A DNA stretch of 64,000 nucleotides from Octopus vulgaris (Eukaryota), in the NCBI GenBank assembly GCA_951406725.2, contig OX597841.1:17050001-17114000 (forward strand). The letters run 5' to 3'. Positions 56,245 to 64,000 of this stretch are shown one piece after another. How positions within the stretch are numbered: the stretch's first letter is position 1; each line of letters starts with the position of its first letter. Position numbers and translations under genes: made by a program. The notes beneath the pieces are model-generated. The model was given only the letters and a program-made list of their open reading frames with translations, was not told the DNA's origin and did no database searches.

Positions 56245-56963
56245 ATATATATATATATATTGACCAGGAGCTATCGAAGTGTCCAGCTATCAACGACAGC
56301 CAGGTAAACTAACTTTGGCATGTGTCACCCTACTTGTAATATTATTTCGAAGCTACACTAACAACAACAACAACAACAACAACAATTCGAGTAACAAGAA
56401 CAACTTCCTAAATTGTAAAAACAACAACAACAACAGCACTCGTTCGCTTCATAAACGGTTGCGTCAGCAACGATAACAATGTCCGCCGTCCGCGACATCG
56501 GCAACCATTTTGCGTTATTATAGTATGTTTTATTTTTTTTTTTTGCGTGTGTCTTATGTTTTATTTACGTTTTAATTCTTTCTTTACTCAGTTTTTTTTT
56601 TTTTTTATTACTTGTCAGTCGCCCTCCTCCTCCTCCTCCTCCTTCTTTCCCCTCTTCCTTTTTATTGATTTGACAGTCTCTTATCTGCTGCCACTTTGAC
56701 GAGGAGTGGTGGCCCTTCGAGGAAAAGGGTGCTGATTGCTTGTAGCTAAAAACTCTTAACGCAGGTAACCTGTTGAACGAAGAATCTGTTGTCTCTCTGG
56801 AAAATCGAACCGACGAGTCGTAGGCGTAGTTGTGTGGTTCCAGGTTCAGTTCCAATGCATGATATCTTAGGCAAGTATCTGCTGCTATAGCCCCAGTCCA
56901 ACCAATGCCTTGTGAGTGGATTTGATGGATAGAAACTGAACGAAACTCATTTTTATCCATCTA

Positions 56964-57108
56964 ATATTGACCGAGGTTAACGTGGTCTTTTCCGTAGGCC
57001 TTTCCTCCCACGGACAAACCTTATCTGCTTCCGCCTTTACACCTTACATCATGACACTGTGATACACGATCCCTATTGATCGTTTTTTTCCCCTTTTATC
57101 CTGTTTTT
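56964..57108 (+). mobile_element. Tx1/L1-like 3'UTR fragment
   Basis: Reverse complement of 13375-13502. Confidence 0.7.
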
Positions 57109-57109
57109 C

Positions 57110-57630
57110 TTGAGCAAGTGTCTTCTACTGTAGCCTCGGGCCGACCAAAGCCTTGTGAGTGGATTTGGTAGACGGAAACTGAAAGAAGCCTGTCGTATAT
57201 ATGTATATATATAGGTGCAGGAGTGACTGTGTGGTAAGTAGCTTGCTTACCAACCACATGATTCCGGGTTCAGTCCCACTGCGTGGCATCTTGGGCAAGT
57301 GTCTTCTTCTGTAGCCTCGGGCCGACCAAAGCCTTCTGAGTGGATTTGGTAGACGGAAACTGAAAGAAGCCTGTCGTATATATGTATATATATATATTTA
57401 TATATATGTATGCGTGTGTATATGTTTGTGTGTCTGTGTTTGTCCCTCCAACATCGCTTGACAATCGATGCTGGTGTGTTTACGTCCCCTGTATCTTAGC
57501 GGTTCGGCAAAAGGGACCGATAGAATAAGCACTGGGCTTACAAAAGAATAAGTCCCGGGGGTCGATTTGCTCGACTAAAGGGGGTGCTCCAGCATGGCCG
57601 CAGTCAAATGACTGAAACAAGTAAAAGAGT
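57110..57630 (+). mobile_element. Partial SINE-A (57110-57200) followed by a full SINE-A (57214-57630)
   Basis: The full copy starts in the internal (TA)n of the partial one. Confidence 0.9.
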
Positions 57631-57780
57631 ATTAACCGTTTAATAGGTTAATATATATATATATATATATATATATTCAGTTACTTGTTCCAATTATTTG
57701 AGTGCGGCCATGCTGGAGCACCGTCTTAAAGTGCTTTTTAGTCGAAGATGTTGAACCCAGGACTTAAACGAAAAATTGAT

Positions 57781-57930
57781 CCTAACCTCAACAATCTAGA
57801 ATGGAAAAATCTAACTGAACCAAAAAAAACGACAAAGACCTGGCAATTAAAGAAGCTGACAAAGGAAGTGCTGTAGTTCTGATGGACACAGAACACTATG
57901 AGGCCTGTATAGTCGACTACTTCAAACTGT
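57781..57930 (+). pseudogene. Penelope-like reverse transcriptase relic (DKG region)
   Basis: PNLNNLEWKNLTEPKK, frameshift in an A run, then NDKDLAIKEADKGSAVVLMDTEHYEACIVDYF; matches the PLE motif NL...E...L..L....I.IK.ADKG.AVV.MD...Y. Confidence 0.8.
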
Positions 57931-58094
57931 GGACAACTTGTGTTATCCTTATCGGGTACTCTACAAAATGCCCCATCAGGATACGATCTGGATGACCCGG
58001 TGCGGTTTGTCCAGGTCCACACGGGCAAACCCGGGAAATTCAGTCGATACCTGTCAGACAGTTAATACGACGACGACGACGACGACGATGGTTT

Positions 58095-58097
58095 TGT

Positions 58098-58138
<41 letters not shown>

Positions 58139-58710
58139 ATACTAATACTACTATAACTACTGCTGCTGCTGCTATGACTACAACCATTACTATTACTATT
58201 ACTACTGCTAGTGCTGCAACTACTACTATTACCAATACTACTACTACTACTACTACTACTAATCTTACTACTAATACTACTGCTACTACTTCTGCAGTTA
58301 CCACTACTACTACTACTACTGCTGCGACTACTACTATTACTACTACTACTAATAACAATGCTAATTCTATTATTACTACTGCTACTATTACTATTACTAC
58401 TACTTCTACTATTACTACTACTACTACTACTACTACTAATAACAATGATAATTCTATTATTACTACTGCTACTATTACTATTACTACTACTTCTACTACT
58501 ACTACTGCTAATACTTCTACTACTACTACTACTACTAATAACAATGATAATTCTATTATTACTACTGCTACTATTACTATTACTACTACTACTACTGCCA
58601 CTACTATTTCAGCTTCTACCACAACTACTATCACCACCATCACTAGTACTACCACCACAACAACTACTACTACCACCACCACCACCACCACCGTTAGTAC
58701 TATTGCTACT
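58095..58710. repeat. (ACT/ATT)n tract with three higher-order units
   Basis: AATAACAATG(C/A)TAATTCTATTATT at about 58351, 58438 and 58537. Confidence 0.9.
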
Positions 58711-59162
58711 ACTTCGACAAGCAACAGTCCAAGCCACCAACATGAAACAACCATGACGCCTACACGGCGTTCCTAAGAGTTCGCTTGCACACCAAATATC
58801 TGCAAGCGTATGATAACTCTTCATTTAACGAAGGCGAAGCGAAGATTATTTCAAATGGACCGCCACAGGCCTTAATCTACAAAGCAAAGATCATATTTTA
58901 CACGCGGAAGCCTGTAAATTAATTGTGTGAAATTAATTCTTAATTTGCTTTTTAATTATCTCCCCTTTTTTCTCTCGGATTTCCTAAGCGTTGCCACGGG
59001 ACGTCATTTTGTTTTGTTTGCTCAAATTTTAGAATGAAATTGCCATTAATAATTTCAAAATGAGAATGTTTTCGGCAAGTTATTCAGTGTTATTAGAGAT
59101 ATATTCAATCATTTTCTTATTATCGTATATTGTGTGCTGTATATAGCGATCTGTAAACGAAT

Positions 59163-59256
<94 letters not shown>

Positions 59257-59303
59257 GTATGTATATATATATATATGTATATATATATATGTATATATAT
59301 ATG

Positions 59304-59380
<77 letters not shown>

Positions 59381-59398
59381 ATATAAGTATATACACAT

Positions 59399-59459
<61 letters not shown>

Positions 59460-59955
59460 TAAAAATTACTTCGAAGAGGCTGTGTCGCGTCTAATCATAA
59501 TATTAATATATATATATATATATACACACATATATGTATGTATGTATATATATATATATATATATATATGCATATATGCATACCTATATGTACATACTTA
59601 CATCTATCTATCTATATATATATATATATATATATATATGCATTTGCCTGTATAAAATATTTAAATTGAAATGAATTTATAATTGTTCGATTTATTGTTT
59701 CGTTTTCTATTTCTTATTTTTACACGCACACACACACACACATATATATTTATGCATGTATACACAATATGTATGTATGTATACACAATATGTATATATG
59801 CATGTATATATCTACATATTTGCATGCATAAGTATTTATGCTTATAACTATTATGTACATATATATACATATATGTGTATATATATGTATATGTATATAT
59901 ATATATGCATATGTATATATATATATGTATATATATATGTATGTATATATATATG

Positions 59956-59986
<31 letters not shown>

Positions 59987-60095
59987 GTATATATATATGT
60001 ATATATATATATGTATATGTATATATATGTAGGTATATATATATGTATACATATATATATGTATTTATGTATATGTATGCATATATATGTATATA

Positions 60096-60131
<36 letters not shown>

Positions 60132-60661
60132 TGTATGTATGTATGTATATGCATCCCCCTTTGCCTCCTGAGCATGAGAATTAATTCGGTGAAATTAGCT
60201 ATTAATTTTCTCTAATTATCTCCCCTTTCCTTTGAGAGTTTCTACCAATCACCGCCAGGTGTTTACTTTCATTTTCCTCAACTCAAAAACTGCAATTAAC
60301 AGCTCAGTTCCACTCTTTCATTTTTTTTTTTTTTTGTTAATTTCCAAATCTAACCAAACCGGTACTTAGCGGTTCGCTATCAAAGAACGATAGAAGGAGT
60401 GCTACCCTTTGAAAAAAAAGATGTACTGGGGTCGATTAATTCGACTAAACCATTCAAACGCTTCGCCCCACGATTTCAAAACTTGGGCATGTGTATTCTC
60501 CTGAAGCTTCGGGCCGACCAAGTTTCGTGAGAGGATTTGGTAGGCGGAAACTGTAAGAAGCCCGTTCTCTCTCTCTCACTACTACTACTACTATTTTTCT
60601 TCTTCTCCTTCTTCTTCTACCACCATCACCGCCACTATCTTTCTCTCTCCCTCTCTCTGTC

Positions 60662-60732
<71 letters not shown>

Positions 60733-60862
60733 GTTGGGATTCTTTCAGTTTCCATTTATGAAATCCACTCACAAGGCTTTGGTAAGCCCTAGGCAGACAG
60801 TTGGTTTCGGTCAACGAATTTTACATGCTGACGATAAACATAGGATAATTCATTCACCTATT

Positions 60863-60922
<60 letters not shown>

Positions 60923-60923
60923 T

Positions 60924-61082
60924 GCAGGAGTGGCTGTGTGGTAAGTAGCTTGCTAACCAACCACATGGTTCCGTGTTCAGTCCCACTGCGTGGCATCTCG
61001 GGCAAGGGTCTTCTGCTATAGCCCCGGGCCGACCAATGCCTTGTGAGTGGATTTGGTAGACGGAAACTGAAAGAAGCCTGTC

Positions 61083-61146
<64 letters not shown>

Positions 61147-61346
61147 CTGTGTTTGTCCCTCTAGCATTGCTTGACAACCGATGCTGGTGTGTTTACGTCC
61201 CCGTCACTTAGCGGTTCGGCAAAAGAGACCGATAGAATAAGTACTGGGCTTACAAAGAATAAGTCCCGGGGTCGATTTGCTCCACTAAAGTCCGTGCTCC
61301 AGCATGGCCGCAGTCAAATGACTGAAACAAGTAAAAGAGTAAAGAG
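60924..61346 (+). mobile_element. SINE-A, full length, in (TA)n
   Basis: Matches the consensus. Confidence 0.92.
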
Positions 61347-61498
61347 AATATATACATATATATATATATACATACATATGTATATATATGTATATATATG
61401 TATATATATATATATATGTATATATATGTATATATATGTATGTGTATATATATGTATGTATATATATGTATATATATATGTATATACATGTATGTATA

Positions 61499-61580
<82 letters not shown>

Positions 61581-61619
61581 TATATATGTACATATATATA
61601 ATAATAATAATAATATATG

Positions 61620-62295
61620 CAAGGTTTGTGAATTTGTTGCTTTAACCCCTCTGAGATTATCGTGCAGACTTGATGAAATCTGACACGTGTGGTGGGATTA
61701 TGCCCTTGCGGTCACTTACGCATTTGGAATTTTTTAGCAAAAATCGATTTTTTAATCAGCATCGATTTTTCAAAGATCGTAAATTCCGGCATTTTTCGCC
61801 CTAGCCATCGTAAATTCAATTTGACGAAAAATGCCGAAATTTGACGGGAAATGTTTCATGGGTTATAAACAGACAGCTTATTAACGGTAATCTATTTATC
61901 ATTTGCTAATTCTTCATTTCAATGCGAAATGTTTTGATTTGCTAAAACTTATTATTTCAATTCGTTGTTTGAATTCCCCAGCGATTTCTGGTTTTGATTA
62001 GATAAGACCATTTTATTTCTCAAGCAAAATTTAGGCGTTTTGCACTCTAGCCATCGTGACATTAATTTGACGAAATCTGCCCCAAAGCGTAAAATTCCGC
62101 CATTTTACTCTCATGCACAAACGTGACAACGACACGGGTTCGCTACCAGAATCTGCTAATTTTTTCGTCAAATTGGTCCTATATGTTAATATGGATATTC
62201 ATTTTTTGAAAAATGCCGAAATTTGACGAAAAATGTTTCATGGCTATAAACAGACATCTTATTAACGGTGATTTATTACCGGGTACCTTAGCTAG
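61620..62295 (+). mobile_element. Probable non-autonomous Helitron with internal duplications
   Basis: Ends CCGGGTACCTTAGCTAG|T; internal Helitron-end-like hairpin CGTGACAACGACACGGGT near 62122; 61827-61900 is repeated at 62209-62280; the 5' end is unclear. Confidence 0.45.
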
Positions 62296-62305
62296 TATAT
62301 ATATA

Positions 62306-62698
62306 TAGCTTGCTTACCAACCACATGGTTCCGGGTTCAATCCCACTGCGTGGCATCTTGGGCAAGTGTCTTCTGGTATAGCCCCGGGCCGACCAATGCC
62401 TTGTGAGTGGATTTGGTAGACGGAAACTGAAAGAAGCCTGTCGTATATATGTATATATATATATATGTGTGTATGTGTGTGTGTTTGTGTGTATGTGTTT
62501 GTCCCCCTAGCATTCCTTGACAGCCGATGCTGGTGTGTTTACGTCCCCGTTACTTAGCGGTTCGGCAAAAGAGACCGATAGAATAAGTACTGGGCTTACA
62601 AAGAATAAGTCCCGGGGTCGATTTGCTCGACTAAAAAGACGGTGCTCCAACATGGCCGCAGTCAAATGACTGAAACAAGTAAAAGAGAGTAAAAGAGT
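62306..62698 (+). mobile_element. SINE-A, slightly 5'-truncated
   Basis: Matches the consensus. Confidence 0.9.
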
Positions 62699-62993
62699 AT
62701 ATATATATATAAATATAGTAGAAATATGTTACGAAAAGAAGATGTAAAATACACGTGGAAATGTAAGGGTAAAATATGAAAAATCAACGAAAATGCACAA
62801 TGCAAATAAAAAAAAGGCTATTTATGACAGGTAAAGACAAATATATACATTTAGATTGACTGAGGTAGTAATACGAGTCATAAAAGTCATTATTATGAGA
62901 TGATTATAAGATGATAATAAAGTAAGAGGACAAAACGAACCATGGTTTACGCAAAGCTATTCATCGTTTGAAAAACACCGGTTAATAGGTTAA

Positions 62994-63026
<33 letters not shown>

Positions 63027-63186
63027 TCTTTTACTTGTTCCAATTATTTGAGTGCAGCCATGCTGGAGCACCGCCTTAAAGGGATTTTTAACCGAAGAAT
63101 AACCCAGGACTTATTCTTTGTAAACCTAGTACTTACTCCATCGATCTTCCATCAAATTGTCCATGTTACCATACAGTGAGATTGTA

Positions 63187-63862
63187 TATGGCTCAGAAAC
63201 CTGGACGTTATCAAAGAAGCTTGAGAGGCGGTTGGATGGAACCTACACTCGCCTCCTTATGAGAGCTCAAAATCTCTCGTGGAAGCGTCATCCAACCAAA
63301 ATGCAAATATATGGGAAATTACCACCTGTGTCATCTCTTGCGAAGGGTAGGAGAGTCCAGTTTGCTGGACATTGTTGTAGAGCTGAAAACGAGGTAATTT
63401 CTACTCTTCTCCTCTGGAAGCCATCTGCTCGTGATACCAGTTGAACCAATTCTACTCTATGGCTCAGAAACCTGGACGTTATCAAAGAAGCTTGAGAGGC
63501 GGTTGGATGGAACCTATACTCGCCTCCTTATGAGAGCTCAAAATCTCCCGTGGAAGCATCATCCAACCAAAATGCAAATATATGGGAAACTACCACCTGT
63601 GTCATCTTTTGTGAAAGGTAGGAGAGTCCAGTTTGCTGGACATTGTTGTAGAGCTGAAAACGAGGTAATTTCTACTCTTCTCCTCTGGAAGCCATCTACT
63701 CGCAATACCAGAGGGCGCACACTCTCCTACCCTGATGTAATCTCCATGGATACAGGCATCCAGCAACAGGACCTCCGTAATGCGATGATGGACCGTGAAG
63801 TCTGGCGTAGCATGGTAAATTCCATTGTCTCGACCACGGTCGAACAATGATGATGATGATGA
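63187..63862 (+). mobile_element. RTE-clade LINE 3' end, two tandem partial copies (63187-63440, 63441-63862)
   Basis: VEPILLYGSETWTL...RLDGTYTRLL...RRVQFAGHCCR...AMMDREVWR are typical RTE/RTEX C-terminal motifs; stop at 63848-63850 runs into a (TGA)n tail. Confidence 0.9.
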
Positions 63863-64000
63863 GATTGAACCCGTGTTTGCTATGTGAATTGCGATCATAT
63901 ATTCGGTCGTACTGCACTTATATAGAAAATTACATCTGCATAACATGCTGCGCAGCGGAATCGAACGAGGAACTCGGGGTTAGAAACTGAACATTTGAAA

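Overview
This is AT-rich animal genomic DNA. The repeat families suggest a coleoid cephalopod, most likely Octopus (inference). No host protein-coding exon can be supported, and nearly all listed ORFs are artefacts of microsatellites: (TA)n, (CA)n, (TATG)n, (GATA)n and trinucleotide tracts, which cover roughly half the window. The rest is a transposon landscape. (i) At least five related tRNA-derived SINE types, here labelled A, B, B', C and D, built from shuffled modules. (ii) Two head-to-tail multimer arrays of SINE-C with 183-184 bp units, one bounded by a 15-bp target-site duplication (TSD). (iii) Many Penelope-like (PLE) terminal fragments next to (TA)n that carry minimal type-I hammerhead ribozyme (HHR) folds, several with family-wide non-canonical cores including a G3:C8 swap, plus a PLE RT relic. 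(iv) 3' ends of a Tx1/L1-like LINE sitting inside (GATA)n. (v) Four 3' fragments of an RLE-type LINE. (vi) A tandem RTE-type 3' end. (vii) A complete non-autonomous Helitron, a deleted mariner, several foldback palindromes and a 136-bp satellite. Short unique islands between microsatellites carry candidate regulatory motifs (RFX X-box, ETS cluster). All alignments and folds were done by eye; family names are inferences that need a Dfam/Repbase/Rfam check.
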